DNA from: Azolla caroliniana
Lineage: Eukaryota; Plantae; Polypodiophyta
DNA: 64,000 bases
Direction of reading: 5' to 3'
NCBI GenBank assembly: GCA_043228905.1
Contig: JBHGNT010000004.1
Location: 5,022,001-5,086,000, forward strand
Under the pieces are notes generated by a model. It made no database searches. It was given only the letters and a program-made list of their open reading frames with translations, and was not told where the DNA came from. Shown here piece after piece: positions 40,966-51,700 of this stretch; positions within the stretch are counted from its first letter, which is position 1, and every line of letters begins with the position of its first letter. A program made the position numbers and the translations under genes.

Positions 40966-41960
40966 TTTGATTTACCTGTCTTCTTGGCCTATGGGGACAA
41001 TTGACTGCGATATGCCCTGGTCCACCGCAATAAAGACATAACCGATTTGCACGTCGTCGTTGCTTTTCTTCTTCCGATAACGGGCCACGTCGACACATGG
41101 TATCGATCTCCATCAGTGTCGGAGTATTTGCTTAAGGTATGTCTTGTGCAAACGATTTAGCCACGACTGAGGCGTAAGTGGGCGTCGGCCTAGAGTGTGG
41201 TATTTGTAATTGACGTTCGGAACGCCGTTCGAAAAGGCGGTTGTCACATCGGACCGCTCGACTGATTTCCTCCGTAAGAGATTTTGGTTCTTCGGGGAAG
41301 GTTAAAAGTAAATCTTTTACATCGTTTCGCAGGCCGTAGCGAAACTGCTCCATTAGTGCCTGATCATCCCAGGGGATATCTGAGGTGAGTAGATGGAAAT
41401 CCACCGTGTAGGCAGAGGCTGGACGATCGCCTTGACGCAATCGTCGGATCTTGTTGATCGCCGTCCTGATGTTGTCGGTGTCTCCAAAGCAGGCTTTAAA
41501 CTCACTAATAAAATCTTCAAAGTTATTAAGCAAGGGCGATTGTTTTTCTAGAAGCGGAGTGAAGCGTACTAAGGCTGAGCCACTAAGCAACGTGCCTATT
41601 AGGCCGACTCAGGATGCATCAGTCGGGTATCGAGAAGGATGCATTTGAATGACTAATTGTACCTGATTAAGGAATCCCCTGAATTGCGATCGCGTTCCAT
41701 AAAATTTCACAGCAAGTCCAATCTTCGGCTCTTTATGAAATCTTTGGGGACTTGATCCTTGTTGTTGCAATGCTGCTTCGAGTTGTTGTACCCGTAATGC
41801 TAACTCCCCATGTTGTTGCTGCGTTTGTTGTTTTTCTAGAACGATTTGTTGCATATCCCCTATCAGCCGTTGGTTTTCTTATTCTAAGGAAACAAAATTT
41901 TCTTTTAGGCACTGTAGCTCGGAGAAAAGGGATTGATATTCTTGGGCGCTAACAGTAGCC
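40966..41960 (-). pseudogene. Ty3/gypsy (Tcn1/sushi, PEG10-like) gag of element 'V', disrupted
   Basis: KFYGTRSQFRGFLNQVQLVIQMHPSRYPTD, LLSGSAL..FTPLLEK, LRQGDRPASAY, FRYGLRNDVKD and the zinc knuckle [14 protein letters not shown] (~41000-41040). Confidence 0.8.
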
Positions 41961-42031
41961 ATAATATAGGGAAAAGGGTAGGAGGATGAGGGAGAACGAC
42001 AAGTAGGCTTGAGGACAAAATTGGTTCAAAC

Positions 42032-42462
42032 TATCAGGAATAGTACTAAAGCAGAGAGAGAATTAGTAATAAAGAAGAGAAGTACTATTAGTACTAAGAG
42101 GACGGGACCGCGTAAGATTCTCGAGAGAGAAAGAGAAAGAGAGAAGAGAAGAGAGAGAGAGAGAGATGATGATAATAGCTAATATATTATGTGAAGGATA
42201 AGTACAAAGTGGCTAAGAGGCTTAAGACTGGCGTTGAACCAATTTGGTTCAACATAATGCCTAGTGCCTTCTTTTATAGTGTTCTCAGGAATAATCCTGA
42301 AGCTTCTAGAATGTTCCAAAGAAATCTGGAATATACATTAATTTCCAATAATAAAACTTAAATGAAAATAATATCCTATGTATTACAATAGATGGTATAA
42401 TGGTCAAGAGCTCGACCCATATAACATAAGGTCATGGGTTCGAGTCTTGCCATATCATGACA
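42032..42462 (-). mobile_element. LTR of Tcn1-like chromovirus 'V' (431 bp) with self-priming PBS
   Basis: Minus-strand start TGTCATG at 42462 follows the PPT AAGGGGGAGATAG. The end CCTGATA (from TGACA) is at 42032. TATA at ~42278. The PBS at 42018-42029 is complementary to the R region, not to a tRNA. Confidence 0.75.
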
Positions 42463-43576
42463 CTATCTCCCCCTTAAGACGACGAGTGGAACGAGTCGGC
42501 GCTGATTGCGGACCGGGTTTGTCCGGATACTTTCGATGGAACTCAACAAGAAGATCCTGAGCATTGGCGACATGCTCGACGAGTTCCCAAGTACGTTCGC
42601 TCGGACTATAGCAGAGCCAATCGATCAAATAATAAAGTTTGTTGCGAACAAGTTTGGAATAGAGGATGGCAGTAACTTCATACTCTGGGCCGACTTCCAA
42701 CTCAAGCGGGGGCGGCAGTGGTGTAACACGATCGGGAATAGTGTTTGCTTTGTAAGGTTCAAGAAGAGAGCTATGGAAAACCGGATGTATCTTAAGATGC
42801 AGACGGAGATCAAGGCGGAACGTGACATCATTAACCTTACTAGTAATACGGAAAGGACCGAGTCGTCGATAATCCAACTTGTCACACGGTCGAGTGGTCT
42901 TGATGTGACGACGTAAGAGCCATACACGATCTTTGATGGCAAAAGAGGAGGGAAGCCGATGACGATCCGCATAAGTCTTCTGTGTGTGTTGAGCATGACG
43001 AAGATGAGTAGAGAGATCCATCTGGATCTTGCGTAGCGTCTCCAAATGATCCTCGGCACGAGGATTGGCAGGTAGCTCCGGGATGTCGATCACCGACCAA
43101 CGAGGATGAGAACCGGTGTAAGCGTAAAATGGGGAGACCCGAGTCGAGGAGTGAACAACATTATTATATGCAAACTTTGCAAAGTGGAGAATCTCGGCCC
43201 AATCGTCCTGTTGATAACATAGAAAACACCAGAGATATTGTTCCAATGTTTGGTTTGTTTGTTCTGCCTGCCCATCAGTCTGGGTATGGTAGCCGGAGGA
43301 GAGGTTGCAAGAGACCTTGAGCATCTTGAAGAGATGCTGCCAAAATTTGGAGACGAATTGAGGTCCTCGGTCACTGATGATACTGTCTGGGAGGCCATGA
43401 TGCCGAAATACCTCACGCATGACAAGGGCGACGGTTTCCTCGCTAGTGATGGCCTTAGTACACGACACAAAATATGCCATCTTGGTATATCGATCGACTA
43501 TGATTAAGATAGCATCGAACCCCTTCAAGACCGACAGATCTGTGATAAAATCAAGACAAATAGATTGCCACGGCAT
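42455..43576 (-). pseudogene. Ty3/gypsy integrase core + GPF motif + chromodomain (5'-truncated pol of 'V')
   Basis: PWQSICLDFITDL, SDRGPQF, SSGYHTQTDGQAE, LGPFRI, IHPVFHSSLL and chromodomain EYEVTAIL...YYLIDW..YSPSERTWE. Confidence 0.9.
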
Positions 43577-46500
43577 TGCTCACATGTTTCAACATAATTT
43601 ATTATCAACGTATTTTGTAGGCTTATTATTCTCAAAATTAGTTTTTATAGGATTTTATTGTTTTACTTATTGAAATTACCTTACGTTATATCATTCTTTA
43701 GGTTATGTTTAATTAACCAAAATTTTCAAAATTGATTTTCTTCGCAAAATAATTTTTTAGAGAACTGGTATTTATTTTAATGTATTTTTTTCATATGAAG
43801 CACAATTTATTTTCTATTTTTTCTTTTATAATAAAAATTATTATTATTATTAGAAAAAAAGTTACTATATAAAGGGTGGACCTACCCTCATTGTCAACAT
43901 CACGTTGTCGCGTTGTTACGCGCGTGCATGTAGAAGGGCGGGACCATGGGGGTCTCGGACGAGGGAAGGAGGGAAGCCGAGAAGACAATTCCGGAAGCAA
44001 CCGAACGAGAGAGAGAGAGAAAGAGAGTGAGCGCGCGCTTGACACCGACTCACACACACACACACACACCACGCTAACCCAACTCACGCCCTTATGTATA
44101 GGAAACGCAGGGAAGGGAAAGCATCCGACACCACCAGAGACACGAATATACACAAACAAACGCAAATGTATATATTACAAGGGAAAGAATACATCCCCGG
44201 CTTCGAGCCGGACCAAGGTAGGGTAGGTTATAACAACCGTCTGCTGCCATGTCGCCGATTGGGGAGCTCACGGGCCTGTCGTGCTGAGCGGGGTCTTGCA
44301 CAGGAGGCCGGGCAGAAGTAGACCTACAACAGGGAGAGATACAACCCCGGTCGCGAGCCGGGTACGCTCAGAAGAAGAGGAGTTTACCTAACAGCTTTCC
44401 CCTGCCATAGCTGCCACCCGAGTACTCGAGAAGGAGAAGAAGAAGAAGAAAGAAAGAAGAATAAGAGACTAACCCTAAACTAACAATATACCCTCTAACA
44501 CAAAATGGGCAACCCCTTCACAAAGGGCGCTCCCTTCGTTTTATAGAACAAGGAGAGGGATGCGTTACAATGTGGGATAAATCCCGACTTACATGGGATT
44601 CTTTGTCCCGACTTGACTCCTACTATTCACACGTTTATACAAGGGTGAGTGCACATGGTGCACACCGCCAATTCTCTCGATATCCTCCGATTCCGCCTAG
44701 GGACGGTTTTCTCCACGACATCCGCCCCCACCTAACCGCGCATCCATCGGTATGCGCCAAGATAGACTTTTTGCCGGAGAAGACCGGCCCACGCTTACCC
44801 TCCGTCCTCCGGATCGCCATTCGCTTCGGACCGGTTCATCCTCATGCCGCTTGCCTCTCCGTAGGCTCATTTATCCCGTCGATGGGCCCTTCGCCGCGAT
44901 CTCCGTAGTACGCATACTTCCGCTGGCCCTTGTTCGGCCGTATGCACGCCCCACTCTCCGTCGTATGCCCGTTGTCCTCCGCTTGAGGAACGCCCGTAGT
45001 TGCCCGCTTGGCCTCCGTCGACCATTTGTGTTGTCCTGATTGCCGTCCCATGTTGTTTCGCGTTGCCTTCGTCCTCTCGCCGTCACCTTCCTTCTCCATG
45101 GTCTTATGTCGCCACGTCGGCTCGAACCGCCATGGTCTTCGGAATGGTGTGGAGGATCCTTCTCTGGCCTTCTACGCGCTACCTCTGAACTGCGCAACCC
45201 ATCTTCGCGCTCGCCTTTCCGCTCCGGCACCTCCGTGTGCCGCATACCCTTGTCCGTTGCTTGGCATTACCTGTGCCGCACTCCAGTTCATTGCACGCCT
45301 TGTCGGCCCCTTTCCCGGCGAGATCGTGCATCGCCGCTCATCCGCCGACTTGTGTCCTCTGCATCCGAGGAACACCCCATAGTAGCCCGCTTGGCCCTTC
45401 CCGTTTTGCGCTGCTGCAACAGGTCCTGAGTCTTCCGCTTGCCGTGTCAGTCTTCGCTACTCTGTCTGAGCTGCCGAGATCTACGAAGCGAGTGTGGAGG
45501 ATCCTCCTCTGGACTCCCTTGTCATCCCTTAACTCCGACCCTGTGCAATCCACTATGCACTTGTCACCTCATTCCCGACACCTCCCTTCTACCGTCTTCC
45601 GCTTCCTTTGTTCGGCACCGCCCGTGCCGAACACCGTCCCGTAGTCACGCTTCGATCTGGCCCGCGATGGCCACTTGCGAGACTCTTGTTCCTCCCCAAG
45701 TGTGCCTTTCCGGCCCGACACAGCTCCCCGTGTTTGCCCCTACCGACTCCTTCCGAAACCGTAACCGACTAGTAAGGGTTTCGGACTTCGTCCGCCCCCG
45801 TCTTACCGACTCCTGATCCGCTATCTCGTGTCGCCGGGTCCCGTTCCCTACCACCACCGCCCTTCTCCCTAGGTCTCACGCCGACTCCCGTTAGCCGGCT
45901 GTCGGAGTATTCAGATCGGTGTGAGGGTCCCATAGGACCGGACTCCGTTTCTTTGCTTGCCGAAATTCGGGTGTCTTTTGTCGGAGTCCTTCGTGACTCT
46001 CCTCGTGTCTTCCGCGTAGCCGGGTCCCGTTTCCCGCCGCCACCAACCTTCTCTCTCGGTCTTATGTTGCCACTTTGGCCAAACTGCCGGATTCTCTAGT
46101 TCGGTGTGGGGATCTCGTAGGACCGGACTTCCTTATGCCCACTGACCTTGCCGGAAGGTCCGAGATGGTCCGTAGCCGCATGGTCGGCCTGATACCCTCC
46201 TTCTCTGGTTTCCATCATCCGATCACGTTCACCTGCCGCTACCGTCCTTTCCTATAGGACTCATGCCGGCTCTCGGGCCGACCACCGGATCGGTGTGAGG
46301 ATCTTCGTGGGACCTCGGTTTGCCCGCCTTGCCGCCGCCACCGTTCTTTACTCTAGGTCTCACGCCGGTTCTCGGGCCGACCACCGGAGTGTCCAGAATC
46401 GGTGTGTGTAAGGTCGTTGCAGTACCGCTCGCCGTCTGGTCACGTTCACCTGCCGCCACCGACCTCTCCTATAGGACTCACGCCGACACTCAGGCCGACA

Positions 46501-47424
46501 ACCGGATCGGTGTGAGGATCTTCATGGGACCTCCCGTCCGTAGTTCTTTGCCTTCGACCCCTCGCTGCTACCGATCATCCCTCTAGGTCTCACCTCGACT
46601 CTCGGGCCGACCGCCGGAGTCTCCAGAACGGTGTGGAGGATCCTCCTTAGGCTCGTCATATCTCTGACCCTTATCTTGGGTCTTCCTTCTTTCGCAAGCC
46701 GAGAGGGTGGCTCGCTCCACACCCTCTCCCGTGGTACTGACGTACCATTTTCCCGACCTCTACGTAGTCCGGGAGTCCACTTCGCCTGGTTCTCGCCCGG
46801 GTTCGTCCGTCTTCTCTGGATTGCCGGGTCCCGTTCTCCTGTCGCCACCGATCTCTCCTATAGGACTCACGCCGACACTCGGGTCGACAACCGGATCGGT
46901 GTGAGGATCTCCGTAGGACCGGTCTTCGTTCTCCTCTTCATCCTTTGTACTTCTCCCGAACTCGTCGTTGCTCTCCTTCTCGCTTACCCTCCTCCATCTC
47001 CCATCTCTCTAGGTCTCACGCCGGCGCTCGTTGCCGGCTGCTTAAGTCTCCGGATGAGACGTGGTGTTTCCGTCCTGTAATGATTTGCGGACGCTCATTC
47101 GGGGTACCGCTCCCAAGCACGTTCGGTGAGAAGCATCTAGTCGGTGATCAACCAAGCCCCGCCTGGGCTTGGTTCTCCAATGTCCAGAGTTTCAGCTCTG
47201 ATGCCGACCTCTCCGGACTTGTTCCGAACCCTTGATCACTTCCCTTCCAATTCCCGACCTTCGCCCGATCAGTCTTTCTCCCCATGTAAAAGAGGGTGGC
47301 TCGTCCCGCACCCTCTCCCGTATCGGCACCTTCATGCCGAATCCGGCCTCGATCACACGATCCATGACCGGATTACGCTCCACCCGTATCGGAGTGTCGC
47401 GCGGTTTGGTCCCCGGTCGGGTCG

Positions 47425-48633
47425 TTACTTGGTCTCTTCGACGACCTTTTTGCGGGTCATCTCCAATCCATCTTCGCAGGCATCGTGCCAGGACTCCTCG
47501 ATACAGTCGTCCATCTCCTCCGTCTCACATGGGCATAAGGGCCCGAATGCCGAGTTCCCCAGAATCGGGTCCGAGGGCTTTCGTCCGCTCCTTCCCCGTA
47601 TCGTCTCGCCGGTGATTCTCGGTCTCTCGCCGTCGCCTTCCTCCTCTTGGGACTCACGTGGGCACTCGGGCCCGACGGCCATCGTCTCGGGAGCAAGTGT
47701 GGGAAGACATGAGGAATCGCCCGTCCGTTTTACGCCCTTGTCCGTAGCCACCGGCTCTTCGTGGTCGGCGGTTGTCTCCTTACCGATTGCGCAAGCCCCG
47801 TCTGGGGTTGCTTCTCCCCTGACCGGGGTTTCGGGCTGACACACCCGAAACCGTTGGTTCCAACGTTCTGATTCTGCGATTGGTATCTCGGCCTCGTCCT
47901 CGGCCGTTCTATCTCCGCAAGTCGAGAGGGCGTTTTGTTTCGCACCCTCTCCCGTGGTACTATGGTACCGGTCTTCTGCCATCGTGCGGGGCAAGTCCGT
48001 CTCCTCTGTCTCGTCTTGTGGCCTCGATCTTTCCTCTTCCTCGAGCATTGCCTCGAGAACTGCGTACGCCTCCGCAATCCTGGCCCCAAAACCGACCCTT
48101 GCCGACTCTCTTTGCCGTTCGGCCTCTTCCTGTTGTGATGGCACGCCGTCGCGCGCCTTCCTCTTAGCCTTCTCGGCTCGCTCATTGTCTAGCCGTTGGC
48201 ACACCCTTCCGACCTTCGACCAGTCCTCCGTAAGCCCATTCGCTCTGTCATCGTCTTCGAGTTCCATCCCGATGGCCTCCCGTTCCGCTCGGTCGATCGA
48301 CCTAACAAACAATAGGACTTTGTCCGCCCCTACCAAACCTTGTTCCCGCTTCGGGAGCCGAGCAAGCCGTCGCTCGAACTCTCGGAATGCCTTTGTTGCG
48401 GCCTGGTGGGTCTTTGCCGTTGCTACCCACTGGTCGAAGTCATGTCGTCCCCGGCTCTTCCGCCGTCCTCCATATGCCTGCAGGAGCGCCTCTTCAAAGG
48501 CCTCCCACGAACTATGAGCTTCTCGGAGCTCCTTCACTTCCGCGTGCATATGGACGACAACAGCCCGACAGAAGAACTCCAACCTCAACGCTTCGTCAAA
48601 AAGTTGCGCGAAGTTGTCTTCTTCCAACTCCAT
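47425..48633 (-). CDS. Gag-like ORF of Y2 (402 aa, internally deleted relative to Y1)
   Basis: ATG directly after the PBS. Shares DEALRLEFFCR...SWEAFEEAL...DKVLLFVRSID with Y1. Confidence 0.6.
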   Translation of the reverse strand: MELEEDNFAQLFDEALRLEFFCRAVVVHMHAEVKELREAHSSWEAFEEALLQAYGGRRKSRGRHDFDQWVATAKTHQAATKAFREFERRLARLPKREQGLVGADKVLLFVRSIDRAEREAIGMELEDDDRANGLTEDWSKVGRVCQRLDNERAEKAKRKARDGVPSQQEEAERQRESARVGFGARIAEAYAVLEAMLEEEERSRPQDETEETDLPRTMAEDRYHSTTGEGAKQNALSTCGDRTAEDEAEIPIAESERWNQRFRVCQPETPVRGEATPDGACAIGKETTADHEEPVATDKGVKRTGDSSCLPTLAPETMAVGPECPRESQEEEGDGERPRITGETIRGRSGRKPSDPILGNSAFGPLCPCETEEMDDCIEESWHDACEDGLEMTRKKVVEETK

Positions 48634-48776
48634 TCTCCCTTGCCATCTTCACGTCGGTTTCACCAAATATGTCGCGTTGTTACGCGCGTGCGTGTAGAAG
48701 GGCAGGACCACAGGGGTCTCAGACGAGGGAAGGAGGGAAGCCGAGAAGACATTCCGAACGCGTTCCGGAAGCAACC

Positions 48777-51700
48777 TGTTACGGGCATGACCATATAATA
48801 TCCCGTGGTGAGAATTGTCGTAGTATTCTATACACGTGGATAAGTGTGAGGGTTAAACAAAGAGTCTAAAGAAGGGGAGGATTACTTTTAATCCTTGGGA
48901 TTGAGACAACCCATGAGGCCAAGTGTGAACATGGCTGGGGGCCTTGAGAATTACTATAAATAAGAGGCCTAGCTACCCTCATTTGGGGCATGCATTGACT
49001 ACGTCGAGACTCTGTCCGTGAGTGGAACGACTCTTGTAGCAAGCGCGCTATCGTCCAGGTACGACTCGACGCCAAGGCGGTGGTATGGGACGCCGATCGA
49101 GGCTCGAGTCCGTCTCGATCCCTTCGCTCGGGGGTGGTCGGGTGGATCGGCACCCTTCTTTCTCTCTTTTCTCTCTATTCTTTCTAGATCTATCATTGAT
49201 ATATCCTTATTTTATGCTTACTTTAGTACCTAATCTCTAATATTTGGTATCGGAGCCTATGTACTAACGTTTCTTTTGGTTTTCTTTTTGTCTTCGCGTG
49301 GGATGGCGATTGATCGTTGTGCGGTCGCCTTCATGCAGACAAGGATTAGCGAAAGAACTTCGGTAAATTTTCCTTAATTTTTTATCTAATTTTTCTTCTC
49401 CCTTCTATACATGTGTATACTTAATATGTAGTTTTTTTTTCATATATTCAATGATGTTGACGTGGTATTTAATTGGTTATCTTAAACGTTTACATATGTC
49501 CACGAGGTCAATACCTCGTTTGACATATAAATCATATGTGATGAGTGTCGTATGCGTACGAGGTTACAACCTCAATTGCGTATTACGTTCACGAACATAT
49601 GTTACGTTCGCGTACGAGGTCAATACCTCGATTCGTTCGAAATGATATGCGTTGGATTTACTATGCGTAAGAGGTCAATACCTCAATTGCGAATTACGCT
49701 TAACCTTATTTTCGGATGTTTCGTGTGCGTAGAGGTATATGCCTCGATTACGTATCCCGAATACATCATTGTTGGCTATATAAAAAAAACGATTCATTTA
49801 GTATACGCATATGTGGTCACTTATATACGTCTCTGATCGTATATATGTGATATATTGACATATGTGTATATTTTAGATTACGTGATTCATATCAAATGTT
49901 TTCCTAATTGGGGAGAGGATTTTGGTGGCCGTCCTCACATTTTTGTGAGAATGGCGTTGTCACCATCCCTTTTATCAACAATTTTTATTGTTGAAATTCC
50001 CGTTGGTCACTTTGATCTTTCGTTACGTAACGAACCTCGTATAGCCAAAATGATGTTGAATACGTCGGGCTTGATCCACATCAAGTAGGGTCGCTCTAAT
50101 GACACACGTATCCAACATCTCCCCTCGTTACATGGATACGATGCCACCATGAGCTCGTTCTTACGAGTGCCATTCGTAATGACGTGACCATGTGATGGGC
50201 CACATGAGCCTACGAAGACACAAGGGCTCATTCGGCTTGACCATTAGGTTACACTTTGGCATATGCCATCGTAATTACGAGGCTTGAGGGTAGGTAGCGT
50301 ACAACCATAGTGGGTAATAAATGAGGGAGAAATAAGGCCACTTGACCTATATGTTTCTTTTAAAAAAAACATATAGGGGCAAATGCCTCGCATATCTCGA
50401 ATACGCCTCAAACATTAAACATTCAAGACGCGCAATCTACTTGGTTGGCTCAAGTGTTTAATGTATTTGTCCTCGAGGTCTCGAGTTCAAATATGACCAA
50501 CACCATACAACATCGTTGATACATATGACTATAATACATGTTTAGACTTTAGGTCTAAGTGCACTTCGGGGTCCTCGTAATAGGACTTAAAGAGCCGAAA
50601 CCACATATGTGGGCACAGAAACATAGTTATTGTTAACATTTCTTTCGTGTATAAACTATTCATGACGCGAACATACATGGTTGAGCCTCGGGGAGCCGCC
50701 ATGAAAAAAATCGATATAGAGATCAGGGAAAGGCATTCATTTGTCACCCCCATGGTTTTTAAAACATCTCTGTGTTACCATAGTAACCTGATCTTGAACC
50801 TCATCTCATACGTCTAGAGGGGTATTGACGTGAGATCATGATATCGATTAATGTTTGCCCATGATATGTTTACACCACGACAAGATGTTATGACTATTTG
50901 TCTGACCTTATTTTATTTCTTTGCCAGAAATAATCATTCAATGGCTCAAAATAACGACCCGATGCCCTCCGCTCAAGCGGAAAGACCTCAAGGAAATCCT
51001 CCTGGGACAATGTCCATTGAGGCGTATATTTTACAAGTACAACATTTCCTTAGTTCAACCGCGCAACAGTTGACCGAATTTCGGCAATCTCAAAGTGCTC
51101 TCGAGGCACGAGTCATTAGTCTCCAAAATGAGATTAATAGACCTGATGAGCGTCAGGGTGAACCATCATTTGTCGTAAAGTCATTTACGGGAGATAAAAA
51201 GGAAAGAACCGAAGAAGCAATCTGCACGTGGCTGGGCCGATGGGAGTCTCATTTTGAGCTCTATCCCACGCCAGATAGTACGAAGATTGCATATGTCGGC
51301 CGAGAACTAGGGGGTAAGGCCGCCGCTTGGTGGCGTGGGCTCCGAACTTTGGGGAGATTGCCCGAGACCTGGACAGACTTTGTCACAGTTTTCAAGGGTC
51401 AATTTCTACAACCTCCCTCTTGAACCGAGGCAGCACAAGCTTTAATGAACCTCTCTAGCAGGAAGTTTTCCTCGCTAGAAGACTATGTCCACCATGCTAG
51501 AACCCAAATCCAAAAATCGGGTCTAGAAGGGGACAATTGGTTAATAGCTTGTTTTGTCAATGGCATCCCCAATTCGGACTATCACTGGATAGTGCACGAT
51601 AAGGATCCAAAATCCTTCGAAGAGGCCGTTGAGATAGTTCTTCGCTATCAACGCACTTCGAAGAAGGACCATAACAAACCCAACGAAGCGCCCGGGACTA

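Noticed and set aside
49500-49752. CRISPR-like look (palindromic repeats with regular spacing)
   Set aside because: Eukaryotic retrotransposon leader with no cas genes. The repeats are short and degenerate and the linkers partly resemble each other. Reported as a stem-loop array instead.
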